A stretch of 44,966 nt of DNA, from IMG/VR virus record IMGVR_UViG_3300032074_000006, positions 1 through 44,966 of that record, one strand, 5' to 3'. Position 1 is the stretch's first letter. Every line of letters begins with the position of its first letter. The notes beneath the pieces are model-generated. The model saw only the letters and a program-made list of their open reading frames with translations, was not told where the DNA came from and ran no database searches. This document shows positions 9,545 through 18,391 of this stretch, piece by piece. This DNA is from a virus. Its lineage: Duplodnaviria > Caudoviricetes. A program made the translations under genes and the position numbers.

Positions 9545-9931
9545 ATGGCACTTTTCCCTGCGGGCTTCTATGCGCCCGCCACCGACGTTTATCCGAGCCG
9601 CGACTATCCACGGCAAGCGTTGTTCCCGTCGAATCTTTTGTGGCCCGGCGACAACCTCTTTCTCGGATCCATTTATCACATCGTCTACAAGTTCGCCCCG
9701 CCGTTCGTTGTTCGTGAGCACATCATTTCGGGTGCGCTGCGCGGCGCATTGCAGTACGGCATCACAGTTATGCGCATCGCCGGCGAATGGGTGGAGGCCG
9801 AGTTCCCGACGTGGGAGCAGGAATCTACGGCCGACCTGCTTTTGCGGGGCGGAACTGATTGCACTATCGATGAGCAGACTGCCGCTGATCTGACGGCTGC
9901 CGGCTATGAGCCTTCTTTGGAGTATGCGTGA
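9545..9931 (+). CDS. Small virion protein
   Basis: AGGAG RBS; N-terminal (F/Y/W)P repeats; GTGA coupling to the next gene. Confidence 0.6.
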   Translation: MALFPAGFYAPATDVYPSRDYPRQALFPSNLLWPGDNLFLGSIYHIVYKFAPPFVVREHIISGALRGALQYGITVMRIAGEWVEAEFPTWEQESTADLLLRGGTDCTIDEQTAADLTAAGYEPSLEYA

Positions 9932-11244
9932 GTTACGACAGGCAGTCATGGGTTGATGGGGAGTCGGGGGGCACTCCCCTGTCGGCTGCCCGCCTGGCTC
10001 ATATGGAGACAGGTATTGGTAACGCGGCCGACGAGATTGCCGGCCGGCTGTCCGACGCCGCACTGAAGGCGGCCTTTGTGCCGTTCGCGCCCCAGTTTCA
10101 TGGCGTCCGCTACTACGCCTACGGGCACTCCTTCGGCCAGGTACAGGCCCCGGCGAACGCCTGGGCGGGCAGCCTCTACCCCGCCCGGCTGCGCGACCTG
10201 CTGCACGCCGACTCGGCGCTGTACGCCAACCGCACCATCTCCGGTGCGTCGATGGACGCGATCGTTACCGACCTAAACGGCTCGTGGACGCCTGGCACCT
10301 ACGGACTGGTGAGCCTGCTCGGCAATCAGAACAGCGCCGGCAACGGCCAGACGCAGGCGGCTTTTAAGACGCAGGTTCGCGCCTTCCTCAACCACCTGTT
10401 CAGTGGGGTCGAGTTCCCGCCGACCGTGCTAATCATCAAGGACACCACTTGCACGTCGGTCGGGTATGCCCGCTACGGCGGCGGCACCTACAACGACGCC
10501 ACCGTGGCCGCGTTTAACGGCTACCTGATGGATGTGATCGCGGAATACCCCGGTGCGCCGATCGTCGTCGCTGACCCGATCGCGGACGGCTGGAACGCGG
10601 CCACCATGACCTGCCCGGACGGGCAGCACCCCAACGACCGGGGGCAGGCGCACATCGCCGCATCCTGCCTCAAGGCGCTCGCTGCTGCGCCATACCGCGA
10701 GGGGCTGAACCTCGGCATCACTGCACCGACCGCCTATGCGGCCGACAACTTTAACCGCGTAGACGGTCCCGTGGGCTCCACGCCGACTGGTGGCTTCGCG
10801 TGGACCCCGACCGCCATGAGCGGCACGGTCACCTGGGCAACATCGGGTAGCCACCTCGCCGGGGCGACCGCTGGCGGGGAGGGCCTGCTGTTGATTGACG
10901 ACGGGCACGCGGACGGCACCCTCAGCGCCACCTACCTCGGCGGCGACGGCGGCCTGGTGTTCCGCGCGGTCAGCGCGACCAACTTCATCATGCTGTGGGT
11001 CAACGGCGGCACCTGGACCCTGATCCGCCAGAACAGCGGCTACGCGGTCCTGGCGGGCGGGCTCGCCGCTGCCGCCAACGGCGACGTCGTGCAGGTCGTC
11101 CTGGCCGGGTCCACCGTCACCGTCAAGGTCAACGGAACGCAGGTCTACACCGGCACACAGGCGATCAACACCACCGCCACCAAGCACGGCCTGCGCGTCG
11201 CCGACGCTGGCGGGGCCTGGGACGACTTCTCGCACACTGCCTGA
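9928..11244 (+). CDS. Tail appendage protein: anchor + SGNH-like esterase + beta-sandwich
   Basis: Anchor shared with 7923 ORF; GHS, ISG, NQN and DGQHP motifs; C-terminal beta-rich lectin-like region. Confidence 0.75.
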   Translation: MSYDRQSWVDGESGGTPLSAARLAHMETGIGNAADEIAGRLSDAALKAAFVPFAPQFHGVRYYAYGHSFGQVQAPANAWAGSLYPARLRDLLHADSALYANRTISGASMDAIVTDLNGSWTPGTYGLVSLLGNQNSAGNGQTQAAFKTQVRAFLNHLFSGVEFPPTVLIIKDTTCTSVGYARYGGGTYNDATVAAFNGYLMDVIAEYPGAPIVVADPIADGWNAATMTCPDGQHPNDRGQAHIAASCLKALAAAPYREGLNLGITAPTAYAADNFNRVDGPVGSTPTGGFAWTPTAMSGTVTWATSGSHLAGATAGGEGLLLIDDGHADGTLSATYLGGDGGLVFRAVSATNFIMLWVNGGTWTLIRQNSGYAVLAGGLAAAANGDVVQVVLAGSTVTVKVNGTQVYTGTQAINTTATKHGLRVADAGGAWDDFSHTA

Positions 11245-11301
11245 CCCTCTCGCCCTGAGAGGCCGCTTAGTCATGCCTTGATTATCTTTGGAGTTCCCGA
11301 A

Positions 11302-11541
11302 ATGAATTGTACTAGCGGCTGCCTGACGCGTGATCATTCCACTTGGGGTGAGTGCGTGCGGGGTAAGGCCCTGCACATCATTGATCCCGGTGGCACGGGC
11401 ACGGCGAAGAAGTGGGACGGCGACCTACAGGCGTATGCGGACGCGAAGGCGCAGGGCATTCAGCCGTCCGGTATTGACCGTCCGTCTATTGATCGGGCGG
11501 TCCGCATTTCGCAGGAGGACGGGACGGCGTTCCGTGGCTGA
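11302..11541 (+). CDS. Small Cys/His protein of the tail region
   Basis: CTSGC...DH..WGEC and KKWDGDLQAY...GIQP motifs; GGAG RBS. Confidence 0.65.
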   Translation: MNCTSGCLTRDHSTWGECVRGKALHIIDPGGTGTAKKWDGDLQAYADAKAQGIQPSGIDRPSIDRAVRISQEDGTAFRG

Positions 11542-12421
11542 AACACTGGGGTCGCTGATTGATTACATCGGCAACCAGTTGCAGGGCTTCTATGTGGATC
11601 AGCCCATGTATGCGACGACCGATGGTCTGGTGCAGGCGAACGCCCTGGAAATCAAGTTGACGTTGCCGGAGCAGGCGCAGCCGCAGGGCTTGCTTGAGCT
11701 GGACGGCGAACTGATCCATGTGCAGTCGTTCGACGCGGACACCGGTATTGCCACGGTCCCGGCGTGGGGTCGCGGGCAGCAGGGCACGACGCCGGCCGTG
11801 CACGCCTCCGGCTCTAGGGTCACTGTTAATCCCAGGTACCCGCGTAACCGTATCGCGCAGGTCATCAATCAGGTGGTGGCCGGTTTGTGCCCGCCACTCT
11901 TTGCAGTGCAGCGGGGAACGTTCACGACGACGCCTCTGGTGTGGGAGTACGCGCTGCCGACCACGACCCGCAACCTGATCGCGGCCGAGTACCGGCCGTT
12001 CTCCTCGTCGCAATACGACTGGACGCCGATCCGGTCGGCGCACATCAAGCGGGACTCCGGGCTGCCCACTCTGCACATCGGGGATCGCGGCATCGACGCC
12101 TATTCGTGCGAGGTGCGGTACACGGTGGCCGCTAATCCGACCGCCTTTACCAGTGAAGCGCAGGCGTTCACGGCCTGCGGCCTGCCCGAGTCGTGCATCG
12201 ACATTGTGTCGCTCGGCTCTATTCCCCGGCTGGTCACCACTAACGACCTGGCCCGTCAGCAGCTCACTTCGGTTGAGGCCAGCGAGCGCGCCGTTCTCCT
12301 GCCTTCTGGCTCGGGGCCGGCTACCGCCCGTTTCTACATGCAGATGTACGAGGCCCGCCTTAAGGCTGAGGCACAGCGGCTCCGCCAGGAGTACCCGCTA
12401 CGAGTGATGCGGACTATCTAA
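11534..12421 (+). CDS. Head-tail adaptor / tail tubular protein A-like
   Basis: GTG start after AGGAGG; RGQQGTTPAVHA insert, EYALP motif, helical C-terminus typical of podovirus adaptors. Confidence 0.65.
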   Translation: MAETLGSLIDYIGNQLQGFYVDQPMYATTDGLVQANALEIKLTLPEQAQPQGLLELDGELIHVQSFDADTGIATVPAWGRGQQGTTPAVHASGSRVTVNPRYPRNRIAQVINQVVAGLCPPLFAVQRGTFTTTPLVWEYALPTTTRNLIAAEYRPFSSSQYDWTPIRSAHIKRDSGLPTLHIGDRGIDAYSCEVRYTVAANPTAFTSEAQAFTACGLPESCIDIVSLGSIPRLVTTNDLARQQLTSVEASERAVLLPSGSGPATARFYMQMYEARLKAEAQRLRQEYPLRVMRTI

Positions 12422-13617
12422 TGACCACACGAAACTTTAGTAACACGACGACGGCGGGCGCGTTGACCGCGCCGGCCTCCCCTAGTGCCACCATTGTCGG
12501 GGTGTCCGGGTTCGCCAATTACCCGGCTGTCCCGTTCACTGCAACCATTGAGCGCGGCACGGCGACGGAAGAGATTGTCCTTGTCACCGCTGTCAACAGC
12601 GGCAACCTGACGGTCACCCGTGGATACAACGGCACTGCGGCGACTACGCACTTGGCTGGCGGCACCGTTGAGCACACCGCTGTTGCGTTGGACTTCTCGG
12701 AGGCCAACGCGCATGTGAATGCGACGGCGAACGTGCACGGCATTGTCGGTGGGCTGGTGGGCGACGAGGCCCCACAGACCCTTCTCGATAAGACTCTGGT
12801 GTCGCCCGTGGTGGAAGCCGATGTGACTGCCGGCGACGCCATTGTGGCGTGGGTGCCTGACGGCGCACAGGCTCGCAACCTGTTTCGGGGCATGGACCCG
12901 GCCGGCGACGATGTTGCGGTCATCGCCTCGACGGGTGCGGCCACCTTCCTCGGTGTGCATTCCACGGGTACTGCGGAGGTGGACGGCAACACTCAGCTTG
13001 ACGGCAACCTGGCTGTCACTGGTACTTCGACGTTTACGGGTGCGGTCACCATTCCGGTGCAGTCGGCTGCCAGCTCTCCGACGCGTAAGTCTTACGTGGA
13101 TGCAATCGACACCCGCCTTATCGCCGCTGAGGCCACGCTGACGGCGGCTACGTCCGGTGCGTCTAACTCGACGCTGGTCAAGCGCGATGCGAGCGGCAAC
13201 ACGGCCATTGACACTGTTGTCCTGACGGACGCGCCCACGGCGGTCAATCATGCGACCCGCAAGGATTACGTGGACGCCATTGGTACTCGGGTGACCACGC
13301 TGGAAACGGACGGCGGTTGGCTTTCGCTGACGCCGGCTGCCGGATTCTCGGTGGGCGCATCCGGTCACGCCCGCTATCGGGTGAAGGGCGGCATCTGTTA
13401 CTGGTCGGTGTACCTGGCGTACGGCGGCACGATTGGTGCGGCGGTGAACGTGGTCACGTTCCCCGTTGGTGCGCGCCCCACGGCGCAGCTCGCCTTCCCC
13501 TCGTCCTATTCCGGGGTGTCCACCGAATTGACGCTGGCGACTGGCGGCGTGCTGGCGACCGTTGCGTCAACCGGCGCTAGTGGCATTGTCGCCGCCGGCT
13601 CCTTCCCGGTCAACTAA
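12421..13617 (+). CDS. Tail fibre protein
   Basis: EEIVLVT...VTRGYNGTAATTH N-terminal motif, two TRKxYVD fibre repeats, GARP C-terminal tip motif. Confidence 0.8.
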   Translation: MTTRNFSNTTTAGALTAPASPSATIVGVSGFANYPAVPFTATIERGTATEEIVLVTAVNSGNLTVTRGYNGTAATTHLAGGTVEHTAVALDFSEANAHVNATANVHGIVGGLVGDEAPQTLLDKTLVSPVVEADVTAGDAIVAWVPDGAQARNLFRGMDPAGDDVAVIASTGAATFLGVHSTGTAEVDGNTQLDGNLAVTGTSTFTGAVTIPVQSAASSPTRKSYVDAIDTRLIAAEATLTAATSGASNSTLVKRDASGNTAIDTVVLTDAPTAVNHATRKDYVDAIGTRVTTLETDGGWLSLTPAAGFSVGASGHARYRVKGGICYWSVYLAYGGTIGAAVNVVTFPVGARPTAQLAFPSSYSGVSTELTLATGGVLATVASTGASGIVAAGSFPVN

Positions 13618-13625
13618 GAGGAATT

Positions 13626-14384
13626 ATGACTGCATCATACAACGGCTTTAAGGCCAGCCCGAATCCCGCCGACTTCGGCGGGCTCGATAACTCTTACGTT
13701 CCCGGTAGTGGCGCGAAGCTCGCACCGGGTGTGCGCGCCGGCGACGTTGCCACCGTCCTGTTCTATGTGGCCGGTCAGCTCGACGCCCGCGTTGAGGACG
13801 GCGACCTGTATCCGCAGGGCGACGAGTGGGGCTATTCGTACCGCCCGTCGAAGAACAGTGCGGCGCTACTTTCCTGCCACAGTTCGGCCACCGCATTCGA
13901 CTGGAATGCGACCAGGCATCCCAATGGTAAGCGGGGCACGTTCACTGCCGCGCAGGTCGCGGAGATTCGCAACATTCTCGCTGAGGTTGATGCCCTCGTG
14001 TATTGGGGTGGCGACGCCTGGGGCAACGGCACCCCGGACGAAATGCACTTTGAGATAGCGGAGGGTGTGACCCTTGAGCAGCTAGCCGAGACTGCGGCCA
14101 AGATCAAGGCCGGTCTGCCTAAGCCGCCCAAGACGCCGGACCCTGATTTCACGTGGCAGCGGGTGCCGCTCGGTTCCCGCATGTTGTCCATCGGCAACCA
14201 GGGCGAGGATGTGTCCGACTTGCAGCGAATCCTCAATACCCGGTTCCCGCTGTATTCCAAGCTGAACGTTGACGGCATCTTCGGTGAGCGCACGGGCGCG
14301 GTGATCCGCGAGTTCCAGAAGCGCAGCAAGCTTGAGGTTGACGGCATTGTCGGCCGGAAGACACTTAAGGCTCTAGGCATTTAA
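13626..14384 (+). CDS. Endolysin: M15 peptidase + peptidoglycan-binding domain
   Basis: SCHSSATAFD and DEMHFE Zn motifs; GEDVSDLQ...DGIFG...FQ...DGIVG PG_binding_1 signature. Confidence 0.92.
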   Translation: MTASYNGFKASPNPADFGGLDNSYVPGSGAKLAPGVRAGDVATVLFYVAGQLDARVEDGDLYPQGDEWGYSYRPSKNSAALLSCHSSATAFDWNATRHPNGKRGTFTAAQVAEIRNILAEVDALVYWGGDAWGNGTPDEMHFEIAEGVTLEQLAETAAKIKAGLPKPPKTPDPDFTWQRVPLGSRMLSIGNQGEDVSDLQRILNTRFPLYSKLNVDGIFGERTGAVIREFQKRSKLEVDGIVGRKTLKALGI

Positions 14385-14394
14385 GGAGTGAGGG

Positions 14395-16293
14395 ATGGTC
14401 ACCGTTCCACTTTCTGATCCCGTTGGCGGTGACCTCCCGATCCCGCTCGGCGGCGGTGAAGTCGGCGCTTCGGGCAAGCTCGATCCCGAGTTCGACGTGT
14501 TCGTGGGCGGGCTAGCGCTGAACCTGCACATCACGAAGGACCAGCCGTACCGCCGCGAGACGGCGGAGTGGCGGAAGCAGCAGGTTGACCAGCAGCCGGA
14601 AGCGGGGGAGCAGTCCCTTTCCGACTGGTGGCTCCGTTCGCAAATGAGCTTTCACGGCGGGGCTGGCATCAAGTATCTGGACACCACGCAGGACGAGGGC
14701 ACGAACCGCATTCGCTACGAGGACTCGCGGGGCATGGACGTGTGGACGGCGGGGGAGATTAAGCCCCTGCCTGACACAACCCTCATGGCAGCCACCAGTG
14801 GAAAGACGTGGGCGTACGCAACGACGGTGGGCTCGGAGTCGTACCTTGTGTACGGCTACGCCAATACAGTGAAGGCGCGTCGCAAGGTTGCGAACGACAC
14901 GATCACCTACACGGTCACCGGAATGGCCGGCTCGATCAAGAGCATGGTCATCGACGGCTCGCACTACTACGTTGCCACGAGCGACGGGCATGTGTTTAAG
15001 GGGCCGATTGATAACAGCGCGGCCGGCGCTGCGATATGGGATTTCGTTTCGTCTAGTGACGTAACCCTGGGGTGGGTCAAGCAGCGGCTCATGGCCGGGA
15101 TCGACAACAAGGTTTACGAGCTGGCCGGGCCGGGGCCGGCGCTGCCCACCGTGCTCTACACGCACCCGTCCTCGGGGTGGCGCTGGACGGCTTGGTCGGA
15201 TGCGCCGACCGCGATCCTCGCGGCGGGTGCCAACGGGCTGAACTCAGCGATCTACGCGTTCAGCCTGAACGACTCGGGCACTGGCGCTCCGGTGCTGACG
15301 CCGGGCCAGATGTTTTGTCAGCTTCCGGTGGGCGAGATAGTGAACTGCCTGTATCTCTACGTCGGGTCGAAGCTTGCGATCGGCACGTCAGCCGGCTTGA
15401 GGGTTGGTCAGTTCGCCGCGTTCTACGGCACGTTCGACCTGGGTCCGTTGTCGGTGAACACGCTGACCAACGTGGGTGCTGTCACTGCAATTACTGGGCG
15501 CGGGAACTTCCTGTACGCGGGGGCTCAAGTTGAGGGTGAGACTTCGCTGTTGCGCCTCGACCTGGGAACGGCCACGGCGGAAGGCCCGGTCTACGCGTGG
15601 GCACCTGATTTGCGTTCTCCGTCCCCGCTGGTCACCGGCCAGGTCAACACCCTCACCGTGGACTCCGATGGACGCCTAGCCTTTGCAGTGCAGGGCTACG
15701 GGGTGGTGCGCGAGGCCACCACGTACGGCGCTCGGGACTCGTGGCTGCGCACGGGCCGGCTGCGGTTCGGCACCGTCGAACCCAAGAACATCAAGTACGG
15801 CCGGGTCCGCACGGAGGGCACGGGCACGGTTTCCGTCACAGCGGTAACCAGCTCGGGGGAGACGCGGGCAGCGTTCGCCGCGTCCACCGCCGCTGACTCT
15901 CAGCGGTTCGGGCTCATCAACGGCCCGGTGGAATGGGTGCAACTCACGTTCACCCTGACCGGCACGGGCAAGCTCACCTCTTATCAGGTTATGGCGTTGC
16001 CGGCTCAGCCGCGCACGCGCCTGTTCGCCCTGCCGGTCGCATTGTTCGACCGGGAAAAGAATAGGCATCAGCGGGACATTGGGTATCCGGGCCGCGCCAA
16101 GCAACTAATGACGGCCCTTGAGGCTATCGAATCATCCGGTGACGAAGTAACGGTCCAATGCCCGGTGCTTGGTGTGGACGCCACTCGTTGCACTGTCGAG
16201 CGGATCGAGTTTACGCAAATGTCGAATCCGACAGCCGGCAAGGCTTACGGACTCGGAGGCTACGCAAACCTCGTGTTCCGTACGAGCACGTGA
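14395..16293 (+). CDS. Tail nozzle / tail tubular protein B-like
   Basis: 632-aa beta-rich protein, GEQSL..WWLRSQ.SFHGGAGIKY N-terminal motif, AAGGAG RBS. Confidence 0.65.
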   Translation: MVTVPLSDPVGGDLPIPLGGGEVGASGKLDPEFDVFVGGLALNLHITKDQPYRRETAEWRKQQVDQQPEAGEQSLSDWWLRSQMSFHGGAGIKYLDTTQDEGTNRIRYEDSRGMDVWTAGEIKPLPDTTLMAATSGKTWAYATTVGSESYLVYGYANTVKARRKVANDTITYTVTGMAGSIKSMVIDGSHYYVATSDGHVFKGPIDNSAAGAAIWDFVSSSDVTLGWVKQRLMAGIDNKVYELAGPGPALPTVLYTHPSSGWRWTAWSDAPTAILAAGANGLNSAIYAFSLNDSGTGAPVLTPGQMFCQLPVGEIVNCLYLYVGSKLAIGTSAGLRVGQFAAFYGTFDLGPLSVNTLTNVGAVTAITGRGNFLYAGAQVEGETSLLRLDLGTATAEGPVYAWAPDLRSPSPLVTGQVNTLTVDSDGRLAFAVQGYGVVREATTYGARDSWLRTGRLRFGTVEPKNIKYGRVRTEGTGTVSVTAVTSSGETRAAFAASTAADSQRFGLINGPVEWVQLTFTLTGTGKLTSYQVMALPAQPRTRLFALPVALFDREKNRHQRDIGYPGRAKQLMTALEAIESSGDEVTVQCPVLGVDATRCTVERIEFTQMSNPTAGKAYGLGGYANLVFRTST

Positions 16294-16628
16294 CCGCCAC
16301 AGTGATTATCACGGGGGTTGCAACTCTGGTGGCCGCGCTCATCGCGGCGGTAGCTGGCCTGATCACCGTTTGGGTCAAGGACAAGCGGGATTATCAGACG
16401 GCAATCCTCGGGGCTAACGACAAACTCATTGACCAGTTGCAGGAGGAACGCAACGAAATCAAGGAGAAGCTGACGCGTATCGCCGTGAAGGTTGACGGCC
16501 TGCTATTGCAGGCCCGATATAAGGACGACTACATTAACTCTCTTCGCTCACACATCGAGCAAGGGAATCCTCCGCCCCCGCCAGGCTATCCGCCTGAGCT
16601 GTTGCGCATTGGAATTGAGGGCCTATGA
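16290..16628 (+). CDS. Lysis-module membrane protein (TM + coiled coil)
   Basis: GTGA-coupled start, one hydrophobic helix, coiled coil, C-terminal PPPPP. Confidence 0.7.
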   Translation: MTATVIITGVATLVAALIAAVAGLITVWVKDKRDYQTAILGANDKLIDQLQEERNEIKEKLTRIAVKVDGLLLQARYKDDYINSLRSHIEQGNPPPPPGYPPELLRIGIEGL

Positions 16629-16816
16629 CTCCCACTCCTAAGGTAGCTGCCGGTGGTATCGCCGGCGCTATCTCAATCCTACTTATCGCAGTGCTGGCTT
16701 ACTTCGGTGTGGACGTTGAGCCCACGGTCGCGTCAGCTATCACCGCGCTCATCGGTTTCGGTGTGGCTTGGCTTAAGCGCGAGAAGGGAATTGACCTTGA
16801 CGACCCCGGTCTATGA
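16625..16816 (+). CDS. Holin
   Basis: 63 aa, two hydrophobic helices, charged C-terminus, PTPKVAAG start. Confidence 0.75.
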   Translation: MTPTPKVAAGGIAGAISILLIAVLAYFGVDVEPTVASAITALIGFGVAWLKREKGIDLDDPGL

Positions 16817-16964
16817 GGACGGCTACTACTCGGGCATCTGCTCTAAGTGCAAGGCTAAGCGCACGTTCTACGGCACCCTCCGCGTGTCGGAGACGGGGCG
16901 CATCTTTGCTGAGGGCCCGTGCCCGATAGACGGCACGCTTATTACTAAGGTTTTGGTGGCATAG
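16797..16964 (+). CDS. DUF5679-like small zinc-ribbon protein
   Basis: CSKCKAKR...GRIFAEGPCPIDGT pattern; GAAGGG RBS before TTG (start may be 16791). Confidence 0.65.
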   Translation: MTTPVYEDGYYSGICSKCKAKRTFYGTLRVSETGRIFAEGPCPIDGTLITKVLVA

Positions 16965-16988
16965 CCGTATCTTCGCACTGTAAATAGT

Positions 16989-17044
16989 AAGACGCCCCTC
17001 CGGGTACCTGGGATTAAACTCCCTGGCCCGGAGGGGCGCTTTTT
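16989..17044. terminator. Bidirectional terminator between convergent operons
   Basis: cgcccctccggg...cccggaggggcg stem flanked by A-rich and ttttt tracts. Confidence 0.8.
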
Positions 17045-17113
17045 GCATTTCCGGTGGGTCAGGAAATGGGGAAACCATACCCACCGTCGATGCAAGGTCC
17101 GGCGGAGGTGGTG

Positions 17114-17374
17114 TCAGGAACCGGACTCGGCCAGTGTAGCAGCAAGGCCACGCTCGGTGGGGAACACGTTGTTGGGGTGCACGGTCACTCGTGATCCAAG
17201 ACAACGTGCCTGCCGCCCGCGATCACCGGGGGTGCGGGCATGCACCATTGCTCGCCAGTCGTTGTACGCGACGTCGCCCCTGTTGTCCCAGTTCTTTGCA
17301 ACGGGAACCGTTCGTCCGCAGTCATTGCAATGAGTGACGTACTTGGCTCGGCTGCGCTGGTGATCTTGTGCCAA
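17114..17374 (-). CDS. Hypothetical Cys/His protein
   Basis: TTG start after AAGGA; HCNDCGRTV...H...CLGS motif. Confidence 0.55.
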   Translation of the reverse strand: MAQDHQRSRAKYVTHCNDCGRTVPVAKNWDNRGDVAYNDWRAMVHARTPGDRGRQARCLGSRVTVHPNNVFPTERGLAATLAESGS

Positions 17375-17571
17375 AACCAGTCCTTCCGATATTGGGCCGT
17401 GAGGCAGCGCCGACATGTCCGCTGTTCGTACTTGATGGACACGAGGTACCACGGCCCGAACTTGTGTGGGTACTTGAGGCACAGTAGCGACGGGCCGAAC
17501 ACTACGGTAAGCAGGGTGCCCACCAGAAAGCAGGCGACGGCAAGTGTGATCACAGCCGCTTGTCCTCCCAT
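17185..17571 (-). CDS. Membrane-anchored Cys protein
   Basis: N-terminal TM, C..PHKFGPW...RTCRRC; the C-terminal half overlaps the next gene and may be spurious. Confidence 0.5.
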   Translation of the reverse strand: MGGQAAVITLAVACFLVGTLLTVVFGPSLLCLKYPHKFGPWYLVSIKYEQRTCRRCLTAQYRKDWFWHKITSAAEPSTSLIAMTADERFPLQRTGTTGATSRTTTGEQWCMPAPPVIAGGRHVVLDHE

Positions 17572-17735
17572 TGCATGTACGTGTTCTCCTCTTCACCGTC
17601 CCAATCCGGGTTGGCAATGAGGCACGAGCTGACGGCCTCGATAGCGACGGGCCAGGTGGCCCCACGGTTGAGTGAGCGCATGATGAGGAACTGGCGCAGC
17701 GTGTACTTGTGGTCGGGAACGGTATTGGTCACCAT
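17550..17735 (-). CDS. Hypothetical protein
   Basis: 61 aa, overlaps both neighbours in operon style. Confidence 0.55.
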   Translation of the reverse strand: MVTNTVPDHKYTLRQFLIMRSLNRGATWPVAIEAVSSCLIANPDWDGEEENTYMQWEDKRL

Positions 17736-17971
17736 TCCTCGCGGACATAAGCGAGGAAGTTGGCAACCCTCTGGTAGCCGGCAGGAAGATTGTCGGCGTA
17801 GAACGGGTCAGCCTCGGTGCCGCGAATCGTCTCGGCCAGGTCGGGGCGCAGTTGCGCGAGCGTGTTAAAGGCGGTCTGCCCCAACCGCCAGTTCATGTAC
17901 TTAACCTGATTGATGATGACTGCCTCAAGGTAGTCGTCATACGCGATGTTGGCTGTGACCTCGACTGCCAT
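17729..17971 (-). CDS. Conserved-looking phage hypothetical protein
   Basis: WRLGQTAFN...IRGTEADPFY motif; AAGGGGGA RBS. Confidence 0.7.
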   Translation of the reverse strand: MAVEVTANIAYDDYLEAVIINQVKYMNWRLGQTAFNTLAQLRPDLAETIRGTEADPFYADNLPAGYQRVANFLAYVREEW

Positions 17972-18119
17972 AAACGTATCCCCCTTGGTTGGAGAGCTTG
18001 GCGAGCAGAACGTTCCTTCTGGCATTCGCAGTGCAGTCGCACAGCCCGCCTCTGCGGGTGAGACAGTACCCGGTGTGCGGGATTGCTGCGGCTACCGCTT
18101 GTTCGACGGCAGGGTTCAC
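17937..18119 (-). CDS. Small hypothetical protein (H..YC...CDC)
   Basis: GTGA-coupled start; MNPAVEQAVAAAIPHTGYCLTRRGGLCDCTANARR. Confidence 0.5.
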   Translation of the reverse strand: MNPAVEQAVAAAIPHTGYCLTRRGGLCDCTANARRNVLLAKLSNQGGYVYGSRGHSQHRV

Positions 18120-18391
18120 GCCCTGTGCTTCCCCTCCGCAATGTCGTTCAGATCCCCGATCAGCCATGCCCCCTCGCACTCGGCGTGGATCATGAATACC
18201 TTGTCCCGGTTGGCGTGGGCGATGGATTCCAGTGCCGCCCACGGCGACGGGTAGGAGGGGTCGGTGATGACCGGCTCGGGAATGTCGGTCCCGATGCTTG
18301 CGGGAATGGCGGTGTAGCCGCCGTTCAGGTGGGACCGCACAACCCAAAAGGGTTTGCCCCGGGTTGCTGCCTGAATCTCCGCGACGTTCAC
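18116..18391 (-). CDS. Hypothetical protein
   Basis: 91 aa, GTGA coupling on both sides. Confidence 0.6.
   Translation of the reverse strand: MNVAEIQAATRGKPFWVVRSHLNGGYTAIPASIGTDIPEPVITDPSYPSPWAALESIAHANRDKVFMIHAECEGAWLIGDLNDIAEGKHRA

Noticed and set aside
7923-11244. Diversity-generating retroelement or invertible tail-fibre shufflon
   Set aside because: No reverse transcriptase, no adenine-specific TR/VR pair, and the paralogous anchors are in direct, not inverted, orientation
18000-18116. Apparent structured ncRNA between ORFs
   Set aside because: Better explained by the GTGA-coupled 60-aa ORF 17937-18119; pairings are expected at this GC content
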